A stretch of 64,000 bases of DNA from Octopus vulgaris (GCA_951406725.2 OX597822.1:21080001-21144000); one strand, 5' to 3'; positions 38,243 through 52,292 are shown, counted from the stretch's first letter. Numbers and translations are program-made. The notes: a model not told the origin generated them from the letters alone.

Positions 38243-38828
38243 TCCCTCATGCACATGAATGTGTTAAATATGATTGCACACACCTATATATCATTTGATG
38301 CTGCTTAGTTCATCTCTAATTAATTAGTCTTGTTTGTCGTCTCATGAATGGCTTGCATGTATTTGAAAGTGTGAGTTTTCTGCCAATCATTAACACTTTT
38401 GAAGACAATGGGAATGTTGAAATGTAACAAAGAGTTTTTTTATTTTGAATCCTTGATTTATTTCAAAGCAGCTAACTTATGAATATGAAAAAATTTTATA
38501 TTTTTCGAATAATTTCATGAATTCTTATATCTATAAGATCTTGAAAGATGTAAACAATTGAGAGAGGTAGAATTCTACAAAAATAGTCCAAGGAGAATCA
38601 CCAAACTAACTGTAACATCAGAACTTTATGTTCCCATTTGACTTTAATGTTCTCTAGACATAGGCTCATGAAAATTTTTTGTGTGGTGGGGCAACAAAAA
38701 CACTTTGAACATCCTCCTGATAAACTACATCTCCAAAACAAAAAAAACACAAGAGTAGAAACATTTTTGAACTGATTTGAAACATTACTTTTCCACTGTT
38801 ATATTTGACTGATTTGACTGATGTACAA

Positions 38829-38874
<46 letters not shown>

Positions 38875-39894
38875 TATTATTATTATTATTATTATTATGA
38901 AGACTGAAAAAAATGGAACTTGTTTGTAAACAAAAATTTGCACCTGGGTTTGCGACCCTTTAGCATGTTTCATTCCCTAATATTTAATAGCAATAAAAGT
39001 CAACCTCAACGTAGAAGGTATCTTAGAATTCCATCATTCCTCAGAAAAGAATTCTTATGAATTACTTAACCATTTTTTTTAACATTTCTGTTGAAATACA
39101 CTGCTTTTATTTCACTTAATTTTGAAAATAATAAAGAATTTAATGAAATAACTTTGTTATCATTAATCTGATGTTTGGAACATAAATCAACATGAAATTT
39201 TGAATGGAAGTTTTAGTTTAAATCACTTTAAAACTGAAAGTTTACATCATTAGAAGAAGGTGTAGTCTCAGGTAGGTTGGTAGCAAGTGAGTTGAGAAGT
39301 AAGGCAACATATTTGCAAAGTAGTTAACCTTCTCAATAAGAATGAATACCAGCTGAAATTGATTATCAAAGAGGTTGCTGAATCAAAGATTGCCAACTAA
39401 TTCGAAAGTAGAATTGATAGATATCGGAAATTACAACATTAGAAATACACATCTAATATTTTGATGCTTCTTATTACTGACTGATGTAAGGAAGGGCAGT
39501 GTCCATAAGATTTGCTGGATTTCCTGGACTGGTGAGACCGATGTGACCGATGGTCAAACTAACCATTTATAAGTCAATGCAGAAAAGAAAAAGCATGAGG
39601 AGAGAGAGAACCATGGGCCTGGATGAAAATCTGTAAAAGAGTTAACTTATTTGAATGCTCTCAATGATAAGGTGGTACTACATCAGTGAAGTGTGTCCTG
39701 CCACCCAAATCAGGCCTATAGAAAAGAATTATGATGAATAAGCCAGCACTTTTTGATATTATGATAAATCTTCTAAGTACCAGGTATTACGTATACAAAT
39801 GTTATCAACCTTGTTGAGATAGATGAAAGAGGTGATCTTGATAAAACTGTCTGTCACTCAAAATTAAGTGCAACCTATGTTATTAATCATTATC

Positions 39895-41062
39895 TTCAAC
39901 TGGGGTCTGGGAAGCCAGAAGGCTGCACCAGGTCCAGTCTGATCTGGCAATGTTTCTATGGCTGGATGTCCTTCCTAACGCCAACCACTCCGTGAGTGTA
40001 GTGGGTGCTTTTTACGTGCCACCGGCACAGGTGCCAGACAGGGCTGGTAAACGACCATGGTCGAATGGTGCTTTTTACGTGCCACTAGCACGGGGGCCAG
40101 GCAAGGCCGGCATCGGCCACGATCAGATGGTGCTTTTTACATGCCACCAGCATGGGGGCCAGGAGAGACTGGCAACAGTCACGATTGGATGGTGCTTTTT
40201 ATGTGCCACCGGCACGGCGGCCCGTCAGGGCGGCTCTGGTGATGGCCACGTTCAGATGGTTCACTTACATGCCACCGGCACTGGTATCACAGCTACAATT
40301 TCCATTGGCGTTGATCGATTTCGATTTCCACTTGCCTCAACAGGTCTGCACAAGTAGAGTTTTGTGTCCCAAAAAGGAAAGGTATGCATAAGTGGACTGG
40401 CTACATCCCAGGTAGAGGCCATGGGTTATGGTCTCACTTGTCCTGCCGGGTCTTCTCATGCACAGCATACTTCCATAGGTCACAGTCTCTAGTCATTTCC
40501 TCGGTGAGACCTAAAGTTCGGAGGTCGAGCTTCACCACCTCGTCCCAGGTTTTCCTGGGTCTACCTCTTCCACAGGTTCCCTCAACCGCTAGGGTGTGGC
40601 ACTTTTTCACACAGCTATCTTCATCCATTCTCGCCACATGACCATACCAGTGCAATCGTCTCTCTTGCACACCACAACTGATGCTTCTTAGGTTCAACAT
40701 TTCTCTCAAGGTACTAGCACTCTGTCAAGTATGAACACTGACATTACACATCCATCGGAGCATACTGGCTTCATTTCTTGCGAGCTTACGCATATCTTCA
40801 GCAGTCACGGCCCATGTTTCACTACCATGTAGCATGGCTGTTCGTACACACGCGTCATACAGTCTGCCTTTTACTCTGAGCAAGAGGCCTTTAGTCACCA
40901 GCAGAGGTAAGAGCTCTCTGAACTTTGCCCAGGCTATTCTTACTCTAGCAGTTACACTTTCAGCACACCCACCCCCTCTACTGACTTGGTCACCTAGGTA
41001 ATGGAAGCTTATCAACTATTTCTAGTTTTTCTCCCTGGAATGTGGTGGAAGTTGGTCTCTGC
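39895..41062 (-). mobile_element. RTE LINE 3' portion
   Basis: FHYLGDQVSRGGG...LHGSETW...RRLHWYGHV...GRGRPRKTW; UTR with five repeat units; extreme tail missing. Confidence 0.93.
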
Positions 41063-41064
41063 AC

Positions 41065-41305
41065 AATGTCTGTGGGTCTTTGTGTCTCTCTTTGTCCCTC
41101 ACCATCCCTCAACAGCTGGTATTAGTGTGTTCATGTCCCTGTAACTTAGTGGTTCAGCAAAAGAGACCAATAGAATAAATACTGGGCTTTATGCACTAGG
41201 CTTAAAAAGAATAAGTAATGGGGTTGATTTGATCAACTAAAATTCTTCAGAGCAGTGCCCCAGCATGGCCACACTCTAATGATTGAAACAAGTAAAAGGT
41301 AAGAG
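41065..41305 (+). mobile_element. SINE family A, 3' half
   Basis: Matches 5060-5260. Confidence 0.75.
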
Positions 41306-42331
41306 ATATATGCATATCTATCTGTCTGTCTGTCTGTCAATGAATCATAATAAGTCAACCAGTGCTGACTGGTTGAGCCAATACCTGCTAATACTGTTTA
41401 TGGCAACTCTTTTATGGAATTACATTAGTTCATTGTTCCAAACTGGGAAAATCTGAGAGTTATGGTTCCAATCTTAGCTAGGGTCATGCAACATTAATCT
41501 TCTTGTAGTGAGTTATTTACATTACAGACAAGATTAAAATATATAATAATGAAATTTGCAGTTAAAACAACAAAAGCATGTACATCATATAAATTTACAG
41601 AAAGAATAAGTGCAAAAAGTTTGCAGCCACAAGAAGAAAAAATATAAAAGTTCATAAAATAGTTAAATATATGTATTAAATGTCACAAAACATTATTATA
41701 CATAATGGTAATGTTTTTATTTAGGAACAATAGCTTTGTGAGCTGAGAATGTCTGCATGTATTGGTAATTTTGATGGTGTGTGAAAATGTAGTTACGACT
41801 GGTGTATTTGCATCATTGTAAGCTTTTAAATTCAGTCAATAGTGTGAGATAAATTGGGAAGAGTGAGGAAAAAGCTGAGTACCTGTGTTTAGGTGATGTA
41901 AGAGTAGCAAGTTGTGCTGTATATGTTGACATGTTCTGCAGAGAAATGATAAATACATGTGTGGGTTTTAAAGAACACAGGAAAAATACAAAATGAAAAG
42001 AGAGTGTAGTACAAGTACAATAAGCCACTTAAGACCTGCTGGAAATGCTAAGCCAAATAAGCTTCCTCTATGTATATTGTGACTCAGATTGTAGAGAGGG
42101 CAGAAGAAAATGTCTGGTGGAATGCAAGTGTGCAGGAAACATGGCTGGTGTTAAGCAGGTTCATTACTGAAGAAAAGTAATGTAGTACAGTGTAAACTAT
42201 TGCTAATCACATCTAATAGAAACACTGTTGAGAATTATAGTGTAGATTTGAAATAGATGGAAATAATCGCTGAGCCCATGCCTAAGTGAATGTATGCATG
42301 CATTTTGATATAACATTGCATACACCATATA

Positions 42332-42800
42332 GGCGTAGGAGTGGCTGTGTGGTAAGTAGCTTGCTTACGAACCACATGGTTCCAGGTTCAGTCCCACTGC
42401 ATGGCACCTTGGGCAAGTGTCTTCTACTAAAGCCTCGGGCCGACCAAAGCCTTGTGACTGGATTTGTTAGATGGAAACTGAAAGAAGCCCGTTGTATATA
42501 TGTGTGTGTGTGTGTATGAGTGTGTGTGTGTGTGTATGTGTGTGTGTGTGTGTGTATATGTTTGTGTGTCTGTGTTTGTCCCCCCAACATCGCTTGACAA
42601 CTGATGCTGGTGTGTTTATGTTCCCGTAACTTACCAAAGTTACGGCAAAAGAGATCGATAGAATAAGTACTAGGCTTACAAAAAATAAGTCCTGGGGTCG
42701 ATTTGCTCGACTAAAGGCGGTGCTCCAGCATGGCCACAGTCAAATGACTTGAATTGTTATGGAGCTTTCTAACAGATACAAAAGTAAAAGAGTAAAAGAG
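42332..42800 (+). mobile_element. SINE family A, full length
   Basis: Highly similar to 4834-5260. Confidence 0.92.
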
Positions 42801-42975
42801 AATATAAATGATAATAAAAACGAAAATTTAGTCAGAAGCAATGAAAGTATAGTTTTTTAGTTTATTTCTATACATTTATTTAAAACGTCATAGAATTTTC
42901 TTAAGCTCTATGGAGTCAATATCTCAGAGTCACAGAGACTGACTCTGAAGTGTTAGACATATAGATGAGATTTGA

Positions 42976-43195
42976 CCCTTTAGAATTTATATTACTCTGT
43001 GAAATGTAATGCTTATTTATTCCTATCATTTTGAATTAATCATGTATTATCTCATAATTTTGAAATTTCAATGATGTGATTGTTAATTTTTAGAGTGACA
43101 GTGTGGGGTAGGTGTGAGTGGTCAGATCTGGCCAATTTCAACATATAATTGGCAGTATATTTAGGCCAGATATGCCTGGTTTAAATGCTTGACGG
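42976..43195. mobile_element. Possible piggyBac-type MITE
   Basis: Decayed TIRs CCCTTTAGAATTTA / TAAATGCTTGACGG, flanked by TTGA and TTAA. Confidence 0.45.
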
Positions 43196-45799
43196 TTAAG
43201 CAATGTTTCATTTTATATCCTTGGGAAAATTTGAAGGCATTATAGACCTGTATATAAATAAATTAAGAAATGATATCTTCATTACAACTGCCTATATTTT
43301 CTCTTTAGGATTTGTTGGTTCACTGACGATGGGGGCTTTTTTGTGATTCTTTTTTGTTCTGTTTTTTTCTTTTGTGTGTCTGTGTATGGTTTTAAATACA
43401 TGTTGGTTTTGCAAATGGCAGTTTATGATTGGGTTGTTTGAAAAAGTAATTAAAAATAGTATATGTGTGTGTATGTATATATGATTGTGCCTTTAGAGCA
43501 TGATTATTCAATGTGTATTGTTGATCCTATTGGCTGAAATCTGATTATTCACATTTTGCATTGTGCAAGAAACTTTGAGTAGCAACAGTGTATTTGTGTG
43601 TGTGTGTGTGTGTGTGTGTGTGATTAACTTTTAGAATCTTTGTCTATAAATTTGAGAATGATGTGAAGTATACTAATTGATAATTTATTTTTTGAATATT
43701 ATTAATTATATCATATATTGTAATCTTAATATATAGTTCTGTAAATAAATTTACTGTAAAAATTATTAATCATTTCTGCAAATGCTGTCACACGAGTAAA
43801 CACATATAAACACACATACACACTTTCATTCATACAAACTCAAACACAGTAATATTTTCTGTTTGAATATGATTGTCTTTTGACACACCATTCAGTATAA
43901 TGAATTATAATGCATCATTATGTGAATGTAAATGTTTCTAGGACAGCCTGTATAGGCACACATATATACACTCATGCACACACAGTCTAACTCTCAAGAT
44001 ATAAATAATTGAACACTCGTTCACATGTGCATTGTGCATAAACATTTCACACCTTTTACTGAAGCATAATTATGCCAATATGTCAATATATCTTTCATAT
44101 ATTTATTTATTTATCTTTTCTATGAGTGTGTGTTAGAAAGCATATTCTCTCACTGCTACAGAAGCACTTCTGTTATTACAAACTTCATGCTAAATAGTAC
44201 ATGTTTCTGTTTCTACTGAGTGTCAACTCTGTCTCTCACCTCACTAATGTAGATTGTTATTTCAAGGAGAACCAAACTGAAATGATATTTTGCCCTTCAT
44301 TTGCTGCTTACTTCCACCTAGCTGCTCTTACAACAGCTATCTCTTCTCTCCAGTTTCAGCCTGAATTGAATTCATTTTGCCTGTTTCAGCTATTGCTCAT
44401 TATTGTATATTCCCCATAGTGAAAAACCTTAATAGAGATAAATATTGCAGGAAGTCAGATGACTTACTGAATTCCCATTTGGGTTTGTGGAGTAAAACCA
44501 ATTATTCTTTCAGAAGATATTGTTGTCATGAATAGAATTGTTATGGAGCTTTCTGGCAGATACAAAAGTGATTCCATCCACAACTCTTTGTAAAGTCTGA
44601 CGAGACTTTTAGACAACCAGACTAACATTGTTATTTCTTGTTTTATCATTTTATTTCTGTTTAAGATTTTTTTTTTTGTGCTGTTTGTTTGGCACTCATT
44701 CTTATTAAATGTTTTAGATAATCATGGTAGATTTATTTTGTAAATATGATTCATGGTTGAAATGCACGTCGAATGAAAGAAAATGAGAAAAGAAAATCTT
44801 CAACTGTACAAGTTAACGTTGTATTTGGTAATTGCTGCATTGAAATGTGGCATTGTGGGTAATCTACTGTTTCAATACGCTATCTTACTCTGCTGATGTA
44901 TAACTAAATCTATGGTAGTCAGCCCAAAACAAACAGAATAGCTTTGTTGTGTATGTTTGAAATTCGGAGATGCCATTACTTTTGCGATGGCATTCATGGA
45001 TAAATTAATAAAGCATTCAATGGATCGTAGGTCTGTGAGAAGTAATTGATTTGCAAGACAAATAAAAACTGTGGGCCTGTGACTTAAATGATAATTCTGG
45101 AGCATCAGTAGGGTAAATATTATAATAAAGAAAACAAAAAAGGAAAAAAAAACATTAAATATATATAAGCAGAAACTTCTTCATTATAGAAATTGTTCCA
45201 CTGACAACATATATTCAATAGAAAATGGATTTATCAGTGGGCTTCCAGAGTTCACTTTGTTTCTTTTATTTTTATACATATGGCAGTAATATTCCTTGGG
45301 GTATGTTTCTCTACTGTTTATGTTCTACCTATGTAGTTTAGATGTCACTTTTCCCCCTCTCTGTGACCCCACTATCTCTCTCATTCAACTCTAAAGCAAG
45401 TTTCTAAATGTCTTTTTTTATGAAATATATCGTTTGCTGAGAAATCAATACAACTAAGTGGATAAGGTCCATCACTTGTAAACCTGTGTCTGGTACCTGT
45501 GTTTGGTACTAAACCTCGTCAATCTTACAGTATACAACTGTAAATTAAATATAAGATAGGAATAGTTCCTCAAATAATACAGTTTGTACTATTCAGTCTA
45601 CAAGTAGTTTATTATCTTGCAGCACTTGGTTCTAATAATTTAAGTTGTTTAAACAATGATGTTTGGATAATAGAGTGAACAGGAGCATGATAACAAGAGT
45701 ATATTGATCATTGTGGTAACTGATTAGACTTTAGGGCTACATAAGTTTACTGCTTGGCTACTTGAAATGATCATCATTATTTCAGTTTCTCATAGTGTG

Positions 45800-46385
45800 G
45801 TGGAGTGGCAAAATATTTAGAGCATTGAACAAAATATTTTGCAGCACTTGTCCGGCACTTGCCTTCTGTCCTTCTGGAGTTGATAAAATAATGTACCAGT
45901 TGAATACTGAGGTTGACAGTATTGATTAAGTGCCTCCTTTAAAAACCACTGGTTATGTGTTTAAATCAGAAATAAGGTAGTGACCTGACTAAAGTGTTAG
46001 AACTATGGAAAGAATACTTTGTGGTTTTTGTTTCAGCTCTTTTATTGTATGATTTCAAATATTACTGATGTTGACTTTGATTTTCATTCCTCCAGAATCA
46101 ATGAAATAAAGTTAAGCACTATGGTCAATGTTATCTATTAACCCGCTTCCCTCAAAAATACTGATTTTGAGGTTAAAGCGGTAATCTTGCAGAATCGTTA
46201 TCCCAACAGGTGAAATGATTAGTGGCATTTCGTTTGTCTTCATGTTCTGAATTCAAATTCCACTGTGGTTGACTTTGCCCTTCAGGGTTGATTAATTAAG
46301 TACCATTGAAACACTGAGGCTGATATAATCAATTAGTCTTCTCCCCCAAAATTTCAGGCCTTGTGCTTTTAGTAGAAAGGATTAT
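45800..46385 (+). mobile_element. Three head-to-tail SINE family B copies
   Basis: Units start ~45800, ~45975 and ~46178. Confidence 0.7.
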
Positions 46386-46387
46386 TG

Positions 46388-46630
46388 ATTTGACTTAGGT
46401 TTGTACTTATTCCTGGTAGAATTTATGTGAGTAGCAGATTACTACTTGTAACCTTAGGTATCCACAAGCTTTCAAGTGCTTAAGGCACTCCTGATAATCT
46501 TCCCTGTCTCTAAGGCAAACTTTCTGTGCAAGCTCTACAAGACATTCTATTCCAACCTCCTTCAACCATTTGTTATATCTTTGTTTACAATTCCCAATGC
46601 ACCAACCATTGTAGGCACAACCTTTATAGT
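46388..46630 (-). mobile_element. R4/Dong-type 3' fragment
   Basis: Reverse-complement homology to ~19370-19620; KWLKEVGIECLVELAQKVCL. Confidence 0.82.
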
Positions 46631-46642
46631 TTATTATTATTA

Positions 46643-47200
46643 TTGAGTGAGAGAGCAGTGCATACAATCAAAGTGACATTGGGATAAAATATACGAAGCC
46701 CAGTAAACCCATCATGACTAGATATCTGATAAGGGTATACTAGGCACATGCATCACAACCAAATGTGCATGACATACTGATCTCATATCAAGATTAACAG
46801 TGCATGACCTTGCAGGTGGGGCCCAGTTAGAATTTTCTTCAAGTTGAGTAGCCTATCCCACTCAAAAGGTCCCTGGATAAGGGTTGTTTAAGGATGTTGA
46901 ACAAAACACCCATGTTTCCAAAGGTGGATTATCCAAACCCCAAAGAATCCCTCTCAATACATGGCTATGATGCCCCCCACTACTTCTGCTCATGATCAGA
47001 GATGCACATATTGTCAGCCACTAAGGGACATGCTCAACTGGTTAAGGTCAAACAACTGACAAGCAAATCTGTGATATTGAGCAGAATATTTACTGTAGCC
47101 CATCTGCTGTACCAAGACAAAACAATGTACATGATAACACTTCCAATCAGTTAAGATCAGAAGTCGTGAGAGCTACTGCCTGGTAATGCATCAGGGCATT
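46643..47200. mobile_element. Full-length ~560-bp element, same orientation as 16356
   Basis: End-to-end match to 16356-16912; (TTA)n on both sides. Confidence 0.92.
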
Positions 47201-47208
47201 TGTTATTA

Positions 47209-47249
<41 letters not shown>

Positions 47250-47294
47250 TAGCAGCTGCAGCAGTTGTAGTAGTAGTAGCAATAAACAATTCTG

Positions 47295-47821
47295 ACTAAT
47301 TTTGGTACAAGGCCAAAAGCTTCAGTGGTGGTGGTGTTGGGATGGGGGGAATTTAGTCAAGTACATCAATCTCAGAAACTGACTGGTACTTATTTTATTG
47401 AACCCAAAAGGTTGAAGGACAAAGTTGACTTTGGTGAGATTTGAACTCAGGACATAAAGATCTGAAAGAAATGCCACTAAACATTTTGTTTGAGGCACTA
47501 ATGAATAATAGTAATAATAATAATAATAATAATATTAATAATAATAATAATAATAATATTAATAATAATAATAATAATAATAATAGTAATAAAAATGGAT
47601 TCAAATTTTGGCACAAGGCCAGCATTTTTGGAGGAATCGGTAAGTTGACTACAGTACCCTCAGTGTTTCACTAGTACTGATTTTATTGACCTGGAAAAAA
47701 TGAAAGACAAAGTTGAACTCAGTAGAATTTCAACCCAGAACATAAAGACAGATGAAATGCCACTAAACATTTTAACCCAATATGCTAAAAATTCTGCCAG
47801 CTCATCCCTTTAATACTAGTA

Positions 47822-47866
<45 letters not shown>

Positions 47867-47958
47867 TTAATAATAATAATATTATTAATAATAATAATAA
47901 TATTAATATTAATATTAATAATGATAATAATAATATTAATAATAATAATAATATTAAT

Positions 47959-47989
<31 letters not shown>

Positions 47990-48014
47990 ATAATAATAAT
48001 AAAAATATTAATAA

Positions 48015-48067
<53 letters not shown>

Positions 48068-48183
48068 TTAATGATAATATTAATAATATTAATGATAATA
48101 ATAATAATATTAATAATAATATTAATAATAATTATAATAATAATAATATTTATAATAATAATGATAATAATAATAATAATATT

Positions 48184-48214
<31 letters not shown>

Positions 48215-48370
48215 ATAATATTAATAATGATAATAATAATAATAATAATAATAAACATTATTTCAAATTTTGCACAAAGCCAGCAATTTTTGGAGAGGAG
48301 TTTCCAGTGTTCAACTGGTACTTATTTTATCAACCCAGAAAGGATGAAAGGCAAAGTTGTCCTTGGCAGA
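47295..48370 (-). mobile_element. SINE family B copies interleaved with (AAT)n
   Basis: ~47295-47500, ~47597-47810, ~48258-48370. Confidence 0.75.
47818..48255. repeat. Long imperfect (AAT)n microsatellite
   Basis: Direct reading. Confidence 0.98.
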
Positions 48371-48469
48371 ATAATAATAATAATAATAATAATCCAGGTA
48401 GCATGGAAAGTATTCCATTTCCAACCTTTTTCTTGGTATTGTGGTGTTTGTGAGTCTTATGGGTGAATT

Positions 48470-48772
48470 GGATGCACAAGGCCTAGTGGTTAGAACAGCG
48501 GACTCGTGGTCGAGGGATCATGGGTTCGAATCTCAGAGTGGGCGATGTGTGTGTTTATGAGCAAAATACCTAAGCTCCACATGGCTCCGGCAGAAGGTAA
48601 TGGCGAACTTCTGCTGACTCTTTCGCCACAACTTTCACTCGCTCTTTCCACCTGCATCTTGCAGCTCACCTGTGACAGACCGGCATCCCATCCAGGTGGG
48701 GAACCTATACACCAAGGAAACTGGGAAATGGCCCTTATGAGCCAGGCATGGCTCGAGAAGGAAGAAGAAGAC
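48470..48772 (+). mobile_element. tRNA-derived SINE, family C
   Basis: AGGCCTAGTGG...GGGTTCGAATC head; homologous to 1022-1322; (GAA)n tail. Confidence 0.82.
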
Positions 48773-49493
48773 TTACATTGAATTGTAATGTAGATTTATG
48801 ACAACAGAGTCACTTTCTTTATTTTTACATCTCATGAGAATGGCCATTGTGTTTGGACTTTTGTCAGTGGTTGTTACTTTCTTGATTTCTCTTGAGTGTG
48901 ATACTTTGAGTAGTTCCATTTTCTCAGTGTGAGGAAGCAAAAAAAAACGAAATGAAGAAGTGAGAAAGAAGACTAAAACAAATATAGGAAAACATGAAAT
49001 GTTAAATAAATTTAGATTAAATTTACTTAACATAACTCTTTGTTGAAAAAAATATCCATTTTTTCATGTCTTCTCTAGTTTCACTTCATTATATACATAG
49101 TCAAGCTTGCTTGGATTGTGTTATGGTCATACTGTATCTTTCAGTGGTTGCATGGCATTTATAATCACTAGCTTTACAGATATTAGCAATGGTTCACTTT
49201 CAGAACTAGGCAATCATGATCAATATAATCAATATGACTCCATCTTCTAACATCTTGTTATATTTACCATTGATCTTTCTTTAATTGATTCATCTGCTAA
49301 AGCATTAGGCTTCTGATGGTGATTCTTTTTTTAATCTAATCCCTCACTTCAGACCTACCCAGTTTGGTTAGACCTGTCAGAGTTATACTTACACCACTCT
49401 AGCTCTTTGATTATAGGGTTTTGCAAGCCTTTGCCCTTTACATGAAAAGAAAAATGTAAAATAAAACCTCTTATTCAATATATCACTCTAATA

Positions 49494-49860
49494 ATCCTTT
49501 TTACTATATGCACATGGCCTGAAATTTTGGGGAAAGGGCGAGTTGATGACATCAACCCCAATGCGCAACTGTTACTTATTTTATTGACCCTGAAAGGATG
49601 AAAAGCAAAGTTGACCTCAGCAGAATTTTGACTCAGAACATAAAGGTAGATGAAATGCTGCTAAGCATTCTGTGTGCTAATGATTCTGCCAGCTCACTTT
49701 CTTATATGTCACTCTAGTAATAATAATTCTTTCTACTATAGGCACAAGGCCTGGAATTTTTGTGGGAGGTGTCAAGTTGATTACACCTGTGCTCAACTGG
49801 TACTTATTTTATCAATCCTGAAAGGGTGAAAGGCAAAATGGCCTTGGTAGAATTTGAACA
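49494..49860 (-). mobile_element. Two SINE family B copies
   Basis: 49494-49705 and 49728-49860 match 21188-21400. Confidence 0.78.
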
Positions 49861-50723
49861 ATGATAATTTATGAAGAATGATGTAGCTCTCTATGAAAGA
49901 AAATATACAGCAGAAGAAAGTGATATATAATAAAATGCAAATTGACTTTGTTTAGTGAACTGAATAATATTTCAACAATCTGTTTCCCTCAGATTCAGAA
50001 TAAGACAAGAGTAATAAAAATAAAAATCCACAAAATGCTGAAATTCAAAATTCAATAGCAATCTGCTTTATTCTTTCCTAGACAAGAAAGACATCATCAA
50101 GACATGATGATGTTCAGTTCAATAAACAAAGCAAATCTGTACACATTCTTCTAATTGTGCAATAATAATAATAATAATGATAATAATAATAATGATAATA
50201 ATAATAATAATAATAATAATATTAATAACAACAACAACAATCATACTAATAGCAATGACAACAATGATATATATAATAATAATACTTATAATAATATCTG
50301 CTTGGAATGTCGTAGCTTCCTTTTCATGAGGAAGTGATGATAGTGACAACTTGCCAGTTAAATTTTGAAGGTCTTCTCACAAAATGTAAATATAGATAAC
50401 ATTTCCTTTTCCTGATATGGGCTCTGCTTGGTTGTTAGATTGACATTGTTCTCAGAGTTTCATTTGGTATTTAATCAAACAATCTCAGATGAAAAATCTT
50501 GCCTAAGGCTTCAAATGATTATGGTTTGAATTTCTTCATTCAAGACTTTACGATTGTCAGTTTTTAGAATACAGATTTCTTCCTTGAGCTGAATATTTCT
50601 TCCGAGAAACAACCGAACAATTGCAGACTGAGAGTTGACATGGAATGGCTTGTTGAGTATTGCTTATTCTTAGTTGAATATTTTTCCTATATATCTTTTC
50701 TTGCTAATTACACTAAGTAGTTA

Positions 50724-51936
50724 TGAGAGTGGAATGAAAAGTTCATAGGCTGACTATGAGGAGTGATGCTAGAATAGTGAAATCTTGCATGCATTAATTT
50801 CGACTCTTCTTATTAATAACTGCATTGTTTCTTTCTGGGTAAACTGATGCCTAACTGTTCAAAGAAAACCTCAAATGTAACTAGTAGTGAATTCTCTTGA
50901 AAATGGGACAAATTTGGCATTGTAGTGTTATTAAGTACCTGTAGAAAAAGGCTTTAACTCTGAAAGACATTCATGCTGACATGGTTGCTACATTAGGAAA
51001 TAAAGCCTTATTAGCAATGCAAAAGTGGGCAGTTGAATTTAGGAAGGGAAAAGAGAGTCTTGAAGATGACCCAAGGTCTGAATGTCTTGCAACTGCTACC
51101 AATAAAAAACATTGATCGTGTTCACCATATGGTGATGGATGACAGGTGATTGATTATAAATCAAATAGCTAATGATATTAGCAAATTCCATGAGAAAGCT
51201 GAGAATATTTTGTACAGTAAGCTTGGTATGATGAAGGTTTCTGCTTGGTGGATTCCGCATCTGACACCTGATCAAAAGCATATGATGCTGATCGCATCAT
51301 AGGAAAATTTGGCATTGTTTCAGGCAGTTCCAGCTGATTTCATTGAATCTTTTTTGATTCAGAATGAGTGTTGGGTTCATTACTTTGAGCCAGAGACACA
51401 GAGATAATCCATGCAGTGGAAGCACCCTCATCAACTGCTCCAAAGAAGGCCAAGATTGTTTCAACTGCAAGGAAGGTGATGGCCTCGGTTTTTCTGGACA
51501 CAAAAAACATTGTGTTTATTGACTATCTTGGAAAGTACCACACCACCAATGGAGAGTACTATGCCAACTTGCTGAGGTAGTCACGAAAGACTATCAAGAC
51601 TAAATGCCCAGGAAAACAAACAAAAGTGGTTTTATTCAATCAGGACAATACTCCAGCACACAAATTCTTGGTTTCAATGGTTTCTGTGCATGACTGTGGC
51701 TTCTAACTGGTTGATCACCGTCCCTACATCTGACTATCAGCAGTTCACCAACATAAAAAAACCCACCTGGCTGGGAACCTGTATCGCAGTGATGATGACG
51801 TCTGTTGTTGATGACTTTTTTGAGGAACAGGAAAAAAAAGCTTCTTTCAGGGGAACTATGTTGAAAAATAGACCTCATTTGGTCACATTCCATGAGAGAA
51901 TCTTGGTCAGCCTATGCACTTTTCAGCTGTCCCTTG
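50724..51936 (+). mobile_element. Decayed mariner transposon
   Basis: TIRs TGAAAAGTTCATAGGCTGAC / GTCAGCCTATGCACTTTTCA with TA flanks; ESLEDDPRS, WIPHL, ECWVHYFEPET, QDNTPAH. Confidence 0.92.
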
Positions 51937-52081
51937 TAGATAAAATATTTAACACTATATTATCAGCCAGACAGGTGGTGGTAATTATGTATATATAATA
52001 ATAGGAAGGGTTATTGTTTTCAGATATTTTTATAATACTTCACTGACAAGGAAACAACTTTCTGCAGTTTTCTACAAGCCA

Positions 52082-52292
<211 letters not shown>

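Noticed and set aside
40004-40282. CRISPR-like look (palindromic ~26-bp repeat with ~36-bp spacers)
   Set aside because: Spacers are related to each other, the array is part of a LINE UTR seen five times, context is eukaryotic and no cas genes are present
47782-48466. Long poly-Asn/Ile ORFs, and YIYI/CVCV/HTHT ORFs elsewhere
   Set aside because: Translations of (AAT)n, (TA)n and (CA)n microsatellites
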